Shown in pieces: positions 50,950 to 64,000 of a stretch of 64,000 bases of DNA (position 1 is the first letter of the stretch; each line of letters begins with the position of its first letter). Both the position numbers and the translations under genes were made by a program. This stretch comes from Callorhinchus milii (lineage: Eukaryota). The stretch lies in NCBI RefSeq assembly GCF_018977255.1, contig NW_024704743.1, positions 26,290,001 to 26,354,000 on the forward strand. Direction: 5' to 3'. The notes under the pieces are model-generated. The model had not been told where the DNA came from. It worked only from the letters and a program-made list of their open reading frames with translations, and ran no database searches.

Positions 50950-51281
50950 TAATAATAATATAATAATAATAATAATAATAATCCTTGCATTTGATATAGC
51001 GCTTTTCACGTCGGGAGGACGTCCCAAAGCGCTTCACAGAACACACTGTAAAGTGAATTGACTATATTTGTGGGCGAACGCGGCAGCCAATTGCGCACAG
51101 CAATGTCCCACAAACAGTCGGAGATTGAAAATTACCAATTTATTATTGTTTTTGGTTTTGGAGGGATTATTATTAGGCGTGTGGAGTAAGGAAACTTGCC
51201 CAAGGTTTCGCCCTGCCTGGAATTGAACTCAGGTCTCTCGCTTGCAAAGCGAGTGCTCTAACCACTGAGCTACAGGACTCC
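50950..51281 (-). mobile_element. SINE family A, full length and young; a truncated copy follows at 51285-51398
   Basis: Near-perfect reverse complement of 33147-33461; long (TAA)n tail. Confidence 0.93.
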
Positions 51282-52574
51282 ACGATAATAATAATAATAA
51301 TCCTTGCATTTAATATCGCTTTTCACGCCTTCTTGACGTCTCAAAGCGGTTCACAGAATAGACTGTAAAGTGAATTGACCGTATATTTGCGGGCGAAAGA
51401 TATTCACCTACTTTAACAATTTAGTGGTGATAAGAATGAATTCATGTGAACACTCTAAGGATAGTTAGACCTGTTCTAATTTAGCATGGTGTGACTCACC
51501 CCTTTCCTCCCTACTTTTGAGAAAGTGCCTCATTGACCTTGCTTTTCGTCACACACACACACACACCTGTGTAAAGTACGCTGGGCCCTCTCAACGTAAA
51601 GGTGCTACATAAATGTATATTGTCTAAGAATTAGTCTTATCAGTATATTAACCTTTCTACTGCTGCAAGCGGAATATCTAGAAATAACTTCTAAGAGCCT
51701 TATGGAATTTGGTACAATGTTAGCAAACTTTGGCAAATTGCCAATTGGAGCTTCATTGTCGCAACAGCCAGTGTTTGGACTTCTGTCGGATTTGGGGATT
51801 TCAGTCAGCCATAATAGCCAGTGGATAGATTTCTGTTAAATCAGGGTATCAAGGAATATGGGCAAAGGCAGGTATTTGGAGTTGAAGTACAGATTAGCCA
51901 TGATCTAATAATTCACTTTATCAACATTTGAGGTTAGTAAAGCCCATTCTTACTTGATTTGACTTAACTGTGCTCTTGTGACTTACACTGGATGCTGACT
52001 GACTTGCCATGACTTTGCTTTGGAATTAGGTCACCACAATGAGAAGGTAGTGTTCCTGTGTGGCGTGTCTGGTTCAATGTTATTTTCTTTCTCCTTTAAT
52101 ATTACCAGCCTCAAGATTTGTGCTAATCTGATTTTTTGAAAGTTTTTGAAAATATTAAATATTTCTTCTTTCCTTGTTATCCCCTCCTTATTGGTTGGAA
52201 TAACACTTCATGTTAGAAGGATGTCCCCAAGCACTTCACAGGATATACTATAAAGTGGAGTGACTGTTTTGTGGGTGAATGTGACAGCCAATTTGTGCAG
52301 CAGTAAACCACAAATAGCCCTGAAGGGAATGACCAATTTTATTGTGAGATTATTTACCTGTACATCAGGAGAAACTCCCTTCTTGCTTGATTTTCCTTAC
52401 TTTCTCTTTGTCTTGTCAACTCTGACAGTTTGCAAAGCATGCATGGTTTAATGTCATGAGGCAACCTACCCTACTTTACAAAGCTTGTTTGCTCTTTCAC
52501 AGATCAAAGAGGTGCTGAGCTGAAACTATCTGTTTTCCTACAAAATATATTCACGTCCCTTTAAAGTAGATATA

Positions 52575-53000
52575 ATCCTTGCATTTTATATAATGCCTTG
52601 TCATTGAGATATCTCAAAGCGCTTCACAGAATATATTGTAAAGTGATGTGACTGTGTATCTTGTGCGTGAATTGCAGCAGCTAATTTGTGCACAGCAATG
52701 GCCCACAAACAGCCATAAAATGAGTGACCAATTTTATTTAGGGGATTGTTGGCCGGGACTTGGAGAAACTCCCTTCTATTTTTGAATAATGCCATGGGAT
52801 CTTTAATGTCCACCTGAACAGGCAGATGCAACCTTGGTTTAACATCTTATCCAAAGGGCAGTACCTTCGATAATGCAGCACATCCCCAGCACCACACTGG
52901 AGTGTCAGCATAGACTGTATGGGTTCCAAGTACTGATATGGGACTTGAACCCTCAACCTTCTGACTCTAAGGTAGAGTGTTAAAAATATTAGGCTGACAG
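52575..53000 (-). mobile_element. DeuSINE-like copy, near full length
   Basis: Tail, core GCCATGGGATCTTTAATGTCCACCTGAACAGGCAGA..GGTTTAACATCTTATCC and head GGGACTTGAACCC..AACCTTCTGACTC. Confidence 0.8.
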
Positions 53001-54566
53001 AGCAAAAGCATCCTTGTTTGGTGTGAAAGACTTTGAGACATCCTCCTGGAATGAAAGGCTCGATATGAAATGCAAGCATTATTACAATTAATAGTAGTTA
53101 TTAATTCTACTTGAGGAAGAGAATGCAGGATGCAAACTTTAATCACCTATTGTGATTAAATTTATTCAAATCTACTCAAACCCTGTAAATCTATTCAAAT
53201 CACTGCTCTTGTTTGGTGACCAAGAATGCTCCAGAAGGATGACGCCCTATTTTTCAGGAAAGAATTTCGTAAGAATTCACTTTACTGAGAGGGTAAATAT
53301 TTAATTGGAAAGCAGTTACCAGGAAGGGTGGAAGATGGCAAGACACTGGGCTATTTTAAGAAGCAACTGTTGCTGTAATGTGAAGATGCTAGGGTGTGTA
53401 TTCTGAAAAAATGAGATTAAAAGCGCTGAAGGGTAAAGATCCACTCCTGGTTTTCTTTAACACTTGATGGTACTGTAATTGATTGGTGTGTTTTGATTAC
53501 ATTTAAACTTGACTATGCCAACACTGTATTTGCCAGATTCCCCAACTCCTCCCTTTCTGATTTAAATCCCTCCCATTCAACCTCTGCAACGTCCTACAGT
53601 TATCATCCCTTCGCTTGCCAGACACTGGTCTACTTGACGCTCAATCTGCCCCACCATCAGCGAATGGGCTTTCAATCACTTATCATGTACTCTCTGGAAT
53701 TCTATTCCAGGTCTCTCCAACTTGTTCCCTTTCAACCCTCTTTCAAGGTATGCCTCAAAGCTAGAATCGTCGAGTGCTTTGGGACGTCCTCCTGAAGTCA
53801 AAGGTGCTTTAAGTGTAAACTGTATTGTGAACATGATAAGCTGGGCAGAAAATAGATTTAATACCCTTTTATTAATTTTATCTGAAGAGTTAGATGCTGT
53901 GATGAAGGGCTGGTATTCTGGAAGGATGAGATCAAATAGGTTGAAGGGCATTCTTCGTCCAAACTGATATTATGATGTGAAGCCTGGTGCATGTCCAAAT
54001 TATGGGTTGAATGTTGACATTCCTCACAGGATGTATTCAAGAACCTGAGGGCAGGATTTGTACTGTTGCAATCCAGTTTAATTAAATGTGTATAATGCTA
54101 TCCAGTGCAGGTCAACACTGCTTTATGAACTTCTTTGGGAAACCAATCCTGGTTATTGGATGTAGAAATGTAAACTTGATATGGCATCAGTCTACTGCAA
54201 TGAGGTGTGATTTTAACATAAAAATCCTTACATTTGTTATAGTACCGTATTGGATCATTGAGACATCACAAAGTGCTTTAATAGCACTACTGTAAAATGT
54301 AATGACTATTTTGTAGGTGAACTTGGCAGTCAATTTTTTCTACACAGCACAAAGTCCCACAGACGTTCAGGAACTGAAAGACCATTTTGATCTGTTGTAA
54401 CAAGCTGCAGTCACTGTTACCTAAATAAAATCCATTGCAGATTAGAGGGTGAACTCACTTTGACTAATGGGTTAACATTTGTGCCATTTTATGTGCTAGC
54501 TAACACAAGCATTGTGAAAATGCCACAAATTTTACCCTAATATACTGCATATACTGCAATATATTA

Positions 54567-55397
54567 GCTCGCGTCAACGCCTCTGCACCTCAGGCGCTGA
54601 CAGCATCAGCATCCAAGGCTGCACTTTCCACCTCTCAAAGCCAGTCAGGAACCACTGCGTTCTGTTCGACCCTGACCTGTCCTTTCTTCCTCATATCCGC
54701 ACCATTACTGGCACCGCCATCCATCACCTGTGAAACATCGCCAGACTATGGCACTACCTCACCCCTCACACTGCTGAAACTCTGTCCACGCCTTTATCAC
54801 CTCAAGGCTGGACTATGGGAACTCTCTCCTCGCCGGCCTTCCCGCACCTCCCTCCACAAGCTGCAGGTCATTCAGAACTCTACAGCTCGTGTACTGTCCC
54901 GCACCAGGCTTCGGGACCACATCACTCCCACCCTCGCTCGCCTCCACTGGCTCCCCATCCCCCAGAGGATTGAATTCACGATCCTCATCCTCACCTACAA
55001 GGCCATTCACGGCCTTGCTCCCTCCGACCTCTCCAACCTACTATCCCCCTACCACCTGCCCGTACCCTCTGTTCCTCTGGTTCCGGTCTGCTCCACGTCC
55101 CCCGCCCCAACCGCCCTACCATCGGTGGCCGGGCCTTCAGTCTCTCAGCCCCGAGGCTCTGGAACTCCATTCCCCAGTGCCTTCGCCGCCTCCTCCCTTT
55201 CCTCCTTCAAGGCCGGTCTCAAGACCTTTCTCTTCAACCATGCCTTCAGCTCCCCTCTCGACTCTCTACCCCCTCCTCGCTCCCTCCCCTCACCCTGACC
55301 ATTTCCCCCCTGCTCGGGTCCTGACCCAACTGTCCAGTGCCTTGGGACGTCCTCCCGACGTGAAAGGCGCTCTATAAATGAAATCTTGTTGTTGTTG
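54567..55397 (+). mobile_element. Young L2 3' copy, same subfamily as 1200-2207
   Basis: Long near-identity to 1365-2207 including the tail. An internally deleted SINE follows at about 55416-55632. Confidence 0.92.
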
Positions 55398-57129
55398 TAT
55401 ACGAAACCACGCATGAGGCTGGCTCAGTTGGTAGCACTCTCACCTCTGAGTCAGAAGGTTGTGGGTTCAAGCCCTGCGGATTTGGAACCTCCCACCGGCT
55501 GTTTGGGACATTGCAGTGCGCAAATTGTCTGCTACATTCACCCACAAAATTCCACTTTACAATATGTCCTGGATGCTTTGGAATGTCCTCCTGACATGAA
55601 AGGCGCAATACCAAATGCAAATATTATTATTATTTTCATGTACAGCAGGTTGTTAATACATTGAGTATAATTGTGAGATGCAATTCACATCCTACAAATT
55701 CATTAACTGTTTACAAACGATAACGCTTAAAATTGAAATCATGGAGTGGACGTTTTACATTGCACTTCTCATTGTGGGTTTCATTTATCACACAGCAAGC
55801 ACTAACTTATAAGATTGCTGTGAATTTCTTCCCCACCTCACAATTTTCTTCTCTCTTGCCTTTCTTCAAATGGCAACTCATGCAAGAGTAGAGTTCTGCT
55901 GATGTTAGTATTCCCAGATTGCTTTTCTTGCCGTGCTGATGAAGTCCAATATGTGTGATTTGCAGATGAATTAGTAAATAGTAAATTCTGGACTTGATGA
56001 ACTAACCTGCCTGAAACTCTGCTCAACACCAATTTCAAACGAATCTGAGATCATGTGGCAGCTTGATTCAGTCGATAACACTTCTCTCCGGGTTCAAGCC
56101 CTATATCAGGATTTGAGATTATAACTCTAGGATGATCTATCAGTTCAGTCCTGGAGAACTATTGCAAACCAGAGACCCTGTATTTGTGACTGAGGCACTT
56201 TAATTTCCCACTTGATGGGTGTGGGGTTAGGGGTAAAGGAAGGGAGAAACAAAGGGGAAAGAAGGTGGAACTAGCATGAATTAAACATGTGTGCAAAGTA
56301 ATTCCCCACTGAAACTCAACCATGTTGTGAAGTAAAGTAAGACCTGAGTGAGTAGGACTCATTATTGTGAGTAGGAAGAGAGTAACTGAAGTTGACTGAG
56401 GCATCTCTGGCTAATCTTTCCCATGTCCTTGTCAGGCTGAAGAGTAACCATAGGAAAAAATTAAGACATTAGAAAAGTGCGGAAATGTTTGCCAATAATT
56501 GTGGGGAGATTTGAGAATGTTGCGGGAAATTGCAGGGAACTTTTTAACAAATTTTGCAGATAATAATGGCGGAGTGTTGATTGGTGCTATTGAGGTACAT
56601 TTTACTGCCAAGCTATGTTTTTTCACTTTATAGATAAAAAAATTAACATGAGGAAATAACACATATTAGATTGTTGCAAAAACAATTAATTGCTTCTTTA
56701 ACAAAAACTGGGTGGCCTTTTATTTTTTGGTGGGATGGGGGCGTGGGGTGAAAACCAGCAAGACTACAGGAGCTCACCACCTCCTGGCTCTCAGGGCTAG
56801 CACCGCACACAAACACAGAGACCCAGAGAAAGAGACACACACTCAGGCTCAGAGAGATACACACACACACACATAGAGAGAAACACACACAGACACACAC
56901 TGACAATCATAGCAGCGGGGCCTCTGAATGAAGCCCATTTACCGCTTGCACCGCACCGGGCATGCGAGTCCTGAGCAGCCCCGCCCACAGTAACATCAGG
57001 TAAACGCGGACCAGAAACTACATTATAGCGGGTTTGTAGCGGGGGATTCTGCGGAGAAGTTGCGGCAGCACTTTTCTATTGGCCCAGGTCATTGAATGCT
57101 CTTTTGACTCGATCTCTGGTGTGTTGGTA

Positions 57130-57517
57130 TTATAATAGTAATAATCGTTGCATTTTATACAGCGCTTTATCACGTATTTGAGAAGTATCAAAGCGCTTCA
57201 CAGAATATTCTGTAAAGTGAATTGACTGTATATCTTGTGGGCGAAACGTGGCAGCCATTTGTGCACAGCAATTTCTCACAAATGGTTACGGTTTGAATGA
57301 TCAAATTATTATTATTTTATTTATTTAAGCGCTTTGAGATGCTACCCTTGTGGAGGGTGCTATATAAGTGCAAGTTGTATTTATTTGATGAAGGGATTAT
57401 TACTATTGGAAAGTGATCTGCTAATAGACTAACAACTGAGTTTCTACTTACTGCTTGGTGAGCAGAGGAGTGTGGAGGAAGGAAACTTGCATAACCACCC
57501 TGACTGGGATTGAACCT
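57130..57517 (-). mobile_element. SINE family A, long subfamily, with a short L2-type tail inserted at about 57325-57380
   Basis: Family A tail and body on the minus strand. Confidence 0.8.
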
Positions 57518-58734
57518 GATTTAGTAAATGAAATACATTGAAAGGACATGTATTGTAGTGTCTGGAACAAACAGTTCAAACAATGAAGTGCAGTATTACC
57601 CAGATAGATTCCCACAAGTCATTTTATTGCCAAATATTCCCCAAAACTGCTGATGCAATTACAACTAAGTAAACAAGATATTCAATTTGACAGTAAGACA
57701 AGGTAGTTGATGAGATTGGGACCAATGGTGGCCAAGCAATAAAGATGAAACAGTTAGAGAAGCATAAAGGCCACAATTAACTGGCTTTAAATAGTGATGC
57801 ATTGAAGAATAAAACTTGCTTGGAAACAAAACAATGTTTGTTCTTGGAAGGAGAACTGCATTTCCCACAAATGCAAACCTTTGAGAATGTCTGACCAACA
57901 TCATCAAAAAAATTAACTATTAAAATACGTGGTATTTGCGACCAATTGTAATCATGTAACTGTTGCCCAAGCTAAGAGCAACTGATTCATAATTGACTGG
58001 ATTTGAACCTACAACCCCCTGATCCATGCCTTTTAAATGCTTCGGCATGTGGTGCCTTAATCCACGAGCTGTTAGGGAGCCTTGACAAATATTGCCTTTT
58101 TAAGAACAAATTGATTCTCAAATTCTAAGTAATGTGGTCAAATGAGAGATAATGCGCAGTAATGTGGTCAAGTGCATGTTAGATAATTATTTGGGAAGGA
58201 CAGGCTTACAAGGCTATGGGAAGAGAGCGGGGGAGTGGGATTGAATTGGATAGCTCTTTTCAAACAGCCAGCACAGACACGATGGGCCAAATGGCCTCGT
58301 TCTGTGCTGTATGTTTCTACGATTCTATGATAATGTTCAGACTGGATTCCATACTTGAGGAATCAAGCCAGGACTGTAACTAGTAGTAATGGAAGTATAG
58401 CACTGAAATACAGACAAATATTGGGAATGCAAAGTTTGCGAGTAGATTATGTTAGAGTGCGGTACAGTGATGTACTTCCAGATTCCTTAAAAAAATTCAT
58501 TTGAAATTGGTGTGTTTTATTGTTGGGCTCCATGACAGGCAAGTAGGTCTATTGTGGTATTGAGATACAAATTAGGTTAGTGCCATGTTTAATCTGTTGT
58601 ATGGCTATGCAGTGTAGTTAAAGCCCTACTGTTGTCAAAATCACTAGGTGGGAACTGTAATTAACTAACCCATGGAGCTGAAGTCAATCATAGCGATCAC
58701 TGCCCAGCTGAGAGAAGCAAATTCATCACTTCTA

Positions 58735-59042
58735 AATAATAATAAAAATAATAATAATCCTTGCATTTGATATAGCGCTTTTTCACGCCTTCTCGACGTC
58801 TCAAAGCGCTTCAAAGAATAGACTGTAAAGTGAATTGACTGTATATTTGTGGGCAAAATGCAGCAGCCAATTGCACACAGCAGTGTCCCACAAACAGTTG
58901 TGGATTGAAGTGACCAATTTTTGTAAGGATTATTATTAGGAGTGTGGAATAAGGAAACTTGCCCAAGGTTTTGCCCTGCCGGGAATTAAATTCAGGTCTC
59001 TTGCTTGCAAGGCGAGTGCTCTAACCACTGAGCTGCAGGACT
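58735..59042 (-). mobile_element. SINE family A, full length
   Basis: Tail at 58735; head GCGAGTGCTCTAACCACTGAGCTGCAGGAC. Confidence 0.9.
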
Positions 59043-60019
59043 TAAAGTGGGGAAGGGGTTGAGGGGAGGTGTTGGCTTAGGACCCTCTACATCTGTACAT
59101 CTTAGATCAACGATAGGCAATCTTACAGTTGAGCCTTTGGAAACGCTTGTAAATTTGAATGTGAAAAATCCATGTTTTTTATTATTTTACTTTACAGACT
59201 AGGGTACATTTCATGTTTAAACATCTTGAACACAACATTTTACATGGCTACTTCACTAAGCCGTATTGTTGATTCACTTTTGTGGCAATTTTTGTGTTCC
59301 ATTCAAAATGATATGATAATTCTGTTCCATAATCAAATCTATATATCAACATCTCACAATTGCAGTTTGCTCTCCTTTACAGGTTTCTGATGTGTAAATA
59401 CAGTAGTTTGTATACAGTAGCACCAAACTCAAGTAGATATTGGCATGTACATTTCCTGGTAATATGATCTCAGGTGTGCCTCTTAGTTTTAATGCTTGTT
59501 TGTGTCAAATTTAATACATATTAGATTCTCCAATAGTCAATAAGGGCAGAAGTATCCCCTTACCTCCCACTAGAATGTGCAATCCAAAAGCATTAATAGC
59601 AAAAAAATCCTGGAAATAATAACTTCAGGCTAATACCACGCACGAATGCCTTGCCATTATCAATCCAGTTATTTCATGTGCTAACTTGAACTGGCGGAAC
59701 ACAGATTTAATATTGCAAATTAACCTATAATGGGGCATTTGACCTTTGTTAAAGACACTCTTGACTAACCTAAAGCAAATCTTGCTAAGATAGAAAACAC
59801 AGTTGTGGAGAACATAAGCTTATTTTAATGAAACCATTCATTGGAATGGAAAATAAAATAAATGGTCTGGAAAAGGCATTTATTTGCAACAAGTAGGTGA
59901 GGATAATGATCCTTGCATTTGACACAAAATATACAGTCAATTTACAGTATATTCTGTGAAGCACTTTGAGATGTCTCGAAGATGTGATAAGGCGCTATAT
60001 CAAATGCACGTATTTTTAT

Positions 60020-60410
60020 TATTTTATGGCACCTTATCACATTATCAACACTTCTCAAAGTGCTTCACAGAATTTACTGTAAAAAGGTAGTGACTTCCTT
60101 GCAGGCAAACCCTGAAGAAAATTTGCACGTAGCAATGACTGACATGAAGTCAAGAACAGTTATGAAGTAAATGACCAATATTAGGATGGAAATTGTTGAA
60201 ACTCCCTTCTCAAATGGTGACATGGAACCTTTTATGGTCCACCTGAACAGGCAGAGAGGACCTCAGTTTAATGTCGCATTTGAGGGTTGGTAGCACAGAC
60301 AGTTGATTGTTCCCCGAGTACTATGTGAGTCAAAGTCCTGATGTGGAGCTTCAACTCATAACTTTCTGACTCAACGAAGGGAGTGCTGCTAACTGAGCCA
60401 GGCTGACTGA
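60020..60410 (-). mobile_element. DeuSINE-like copy
   Basis: CCACCTGAACAGGCAGA core and AACTGAGCCAGGCTGAC head end. Confidence 0.7.
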
Positions 60411-62104
60411 TGGACTGATACCCATATCTGGGTATGTTCACATATATTCAGCACACGTTGCATGATCATTGTCCGTTTTTATTTACCTCATAAAATTTTG
60501 TAAGCAAAATAATGTATTTTAATTTCAAAGCTGGAGTCCAAGACCCATATATTCATAAATCATCATTTCATATTTATTTGAAGATTACTTTATCTTAGGA
60601 GGATGAGAATGAAGAGCACACAGGATGTGGAATGTCATCTACTATCTATGGAGAATGAGAGAGCTGACTAGTCGAAATCTCTGGAGAACATCATGGGGAT
60701 GGTGGGACATTTCACAGGTTGGGAGAATGCTTCCTGTACACCTACAAGACATGAACAGACCCATCAGTCACAGGAGTTTGCGCTGTAGCCTCTTGGCCCT
60801 TTTGTATTGCAGCGGTGCTTCATGGAGAGGTGGAAACGGTTCTATATGATGCTGACACCTCTTATGTTGAAGGAATGCTCATCTTACACTATGGATGGAC
60901 AGCTCTCACTTCACAGTTAAATGGCAAATTTCTTTTCTACTTGTTGATCTCCCCCCCTCCCCAATGGCTAAGAGAATTTGAACCCTCACAGTATAATTTG
61001 AAGTGTGAATGGCATTGGTAGGTATGCAATATAGATATGGAAAAAAGTTGGTAGGGACTGGAGTTAAATGATCTGCCATGATCTAATGAACTGGCAGAAC
61101 AGGCTTGATGGGCTGAATGGTTTCCTGTTCTTCTAATGTGTCCAGATAGTGGTGATTTTGAAAGCATACTGACTGTCTTTACTGAGTTATAGAAGTTTGC
61201 TGTGCGATTTGTCAGTCCAGAAGCAATTAACATTTGTTTTGGTCCCTCCTAATCTCCTAACATTTATTTGGACCTGTACTTAATTGTGAATAAAATACCA
61301 TTGTTCGGGCTTTTGTTTCACTGTTTAAAAATAGACTGTTCAAATCCTCTACGTAGATTGCATTTCAACTAGCTTTTTAGTGAGCAGTAGATGTGAATGC
61401 TAAACATTAACAGAATGATGTTTATCCATGTTAGAATCATGGAATCATAGAATATTAATAATAATAATAATTACAGCACAGAAAGAGGCCATTCAGCCCA
61501 TTGTGCCTGTGCTTGGCAACTATCCCTTTCAGCATTCACCCTTCCCCCCCTCTCCCCATGCCAGTTTTGTTTCTGTTCTCTGCACTGTGAATATTATTCG
61601 ACAGGCACTGACTGCCCTCTGTATCCTGACCTAGATCGCTCTTCATATGTTGGCCAGGGCTACTTGACCACAAGGGAGATTTCAATGGACAACTAACCGT
61701 TTTACTTGATGGTCTCGCATATGCTTTCGGACAATGATCGCTGCCTAACATCGAGTGAGAATGCTGATAGATTGTTTCCAGGCCTTCTTCTATAGTTGGG
61801 GCCTATAGTTGTAGCATCCCCAACTGCTGGCCCAGTCCATAGCTACAAATCAGCTTAGTCAGGCTGCGTTGGAGTCTGCTTTGTGAGAAGTGTTAACTTT
61901 GTGCAAATATACCAGTACAGAGGGATTTGCAAGTACTTTGAATTATGTCATTGGCTGTTTCATATACCTGCAATTCTCTCAACATATGTATTTACACTTA
62001 GTTTGCAGGACGTGCTAATCACCTTTCATTGGGGATTAAATCTGAGTCCTTCCAGGTCTTGTTAGATACTAAGCAGCTAACTCACCAACTGAATTGGTGA
62101 AGGC

Positions 62105-62310
62105 AGTCACAAACTGCTGCACTGTATTGAGGAACATGGTCCGCAAACTTGTTTTTTTTTAATTGAATTGTGTAGTTTTGCTGCCTCCTCTGATTCCACA
62201 GTCTCCCAACTTGGTGTCATCTGCAAACTTAAACAATTTACACTGGATCTGAGTATCCAGGTCATGAATGCACACAAGGAACCAGTCCAGACACCCGAGG
62301 CAACCCTCAT
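62105..62310 (-). mobile_element. Old CR1 RT fragment
   Basis: IHDLDTQIQCKLFKFADDTKLG. Confidence 0.7.
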
Positions 62311-63289
62311 TTTGACCTAGCTCGGCTAATGATTTTGTTTCCTTCCCTTCAGATAATTTTGAATCCATGTCCTTGTGTTGCCCTTGATAACTAGTGACAG
62401 TTTGTAAAGGAGTTTTTCCAGTAAAGTCATCAAGATTATCCTTTCACACAGAGCAAATGACTTTTAGAGTTTAGAGTTTGTGTGTTTCTATGTTTGGTCT
62501 GCAGTGATATTACCCATGCACAGAAATAAACCCAGGAGCTGGAGGTCAGAATTCCTCATAGGGTGATCTGTGACGTCAGGCCCTCTATGACAGAATTATT
62601 CCATGCTTGAAACTCCTTTGACAGCAATTCAGCACCTTATTCACTTATTTATTAACTTATTTACAAAAATAAGAGTCTAAACCATTTACACTTAAACCAG
62701 TAACAAGTTAGGCACCCACTCGATGAGATGTCCTCAAGCAGTTAATCATTTCGCAAGTTGGGTGTTTCCATTGGATAATTAAAGCAAATCCTTGCCTTTG
62801 ATCCTGTGACTTATCCTGTCGAAAGGTGTTGCCCTTCACATGAGACATGAAACCAAGATCCCATCTGCTTGTTCAGGTGAAAGATCCTATGTCTGTGACC
62901 TGGCTAGGAGTGGAATGTCCCAATAATGTGAGACGTAATTTAGCCTGACATTTCGATGACCTTCGGATAAGATGTTAAACCTAAATCCCATCTACTTCTT
63001 CAGGTAGATGTTAAATATCCCATTGATCCATTCGGAAATAGGAAAGCGTTTCCCCTGGTGTCCTTGCCAACATTCCCCCACGCAATCGGTGGTTCACTTC
63101 ATAGCTATTTGTGGGGCAGTGCTGTGCTTTGCAGAAAAAAAAACTTTGTGAAACTCTTAAAGCTGTTCTGACGTAATAGTGTTGTATCAAGTACAATTAG
63201 TATTTTTATTTTTCACTTAATGAGTTGCCAAGGAGTGTAGTGAATGCTATCCAAGGGAATCTGCTCTGAATGCTTTAGTTAACTGGCGT

Positions 63290-63610
63290 CAGCCTGGCTC
63301 AGCTGGTAGTACTCATCTCCTGAATCAGAAAATTGGAAGTTCCATGCCTCAGTTTAAGACTTTGAGCTCATTGTCAGGGCTGACAGCTCAGTACAGTGCT
63401 GGGGGAGCTCTGCAATGTCTGAGGTGCTTTCCTGTAGGTCCTGTCTGCCTGTTCATTTGGAAGCTAAAGATCCCATGGCACTGTTCAAAAAGGAAGGGAA
63501 TTTCTCCTACTGTCCTGGTCAACAATCCTCCTGTTAAAATTCATCATTCACTTCATGGCTGTCGGTTGGTCACTGATGTCTAAATTGCCTTCTGTGATAA
63601 CCTACAAAAT
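63290..63610 (+). mobile_element. DeuSINE-like copy; another core at about 62960-63200
   Basis: Head AGCCTGGCTCAGCTGGTAGTACTC, core CTGTCTGCCTGTTCA...AAAGATCCCATGGCACTGTT. Confidence 0.72.
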
Positions 63611-64000
63611 CATTACAGTAGATCCTGTACAGTATTTACAGTAGACCTTGTGACTTTCTTTGAGCTTGGGTGCAAACCCTCGACTGCCTTAGGACATCCC
63701 CACATGAAGGGCACTATATAAATGCAATTTGTTGTTAAGATGGTTCAACAACAACTTGCATCTATATAGCGCCCTTCAGAGGGGACTGCACATCTGAGCG
63801 CTTAGTTTATCAATAAGGTGGTATGGTGCTATACCAAATGCCAGGATTACTATGATCATTATGTCCTATAGCTGATCAGTTGTCTAGTTTCTAGAATTCT
63901 GTTGCATCTCCACGTTAGTTGAAGAAATATTAATTGATCCACTATTCATTAGAGAAAGTTAATTGCTCTCTTATTTCATGCGACCATTGCAGTGGTACCA

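Noticed and set aside
60598..60880. Purine-rich, exon-like stretch after an AG
   Set aside because: Stops in the frames I read and no similarity to NHE3 exon 2.

Overview
Eukaryotic, repeat-rich vertebrate DNA. The CR1, L2 and DeuSINE-type repeats point to a cartilaginous fish, possibly a chimaera; the taxon is inferred. The only host coding sequence I can support is the 5' end of a + strand SLC9A3/NHE3 (Na+/H+ exchanger 3) gene, present as two paralogous first coding exons. Exon 1a (10294-10543) has a CpG-poor TATA promoter. Exon 1b (35066-35354) has a CpG-island TATA promoter. Each encodes a signal-peptide-like segment, an extracellular spacer and the first conserved TM segment, and each ends in a phase-1 GTGAGT donor. 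I found no exon 2 between or after them, so they look like alternative first exons that splice to a shared exon 2 beyond the window. The most unusual structure is an inverted repeat (33852-34304 / 35421-36067) with homologous unique flanks around a CA/TG microsatellite core. It brackets the exon-1b promoter, exon and splice donor. Both arms are present only in transcripts started at the upstream promoter, which suggests an RNA stem-loop that hides exon 1b. A 39-bp element also recurs downstream of each first exon. The rest is intronic or intergenic, with degenerate L2 and CR1 LINEs, a young tRNA-derived SINE sharing the L2 3' tail, older DeuSINE-like copies and an unclassified repeat. Repeat boundaries are approximate, read by eye.
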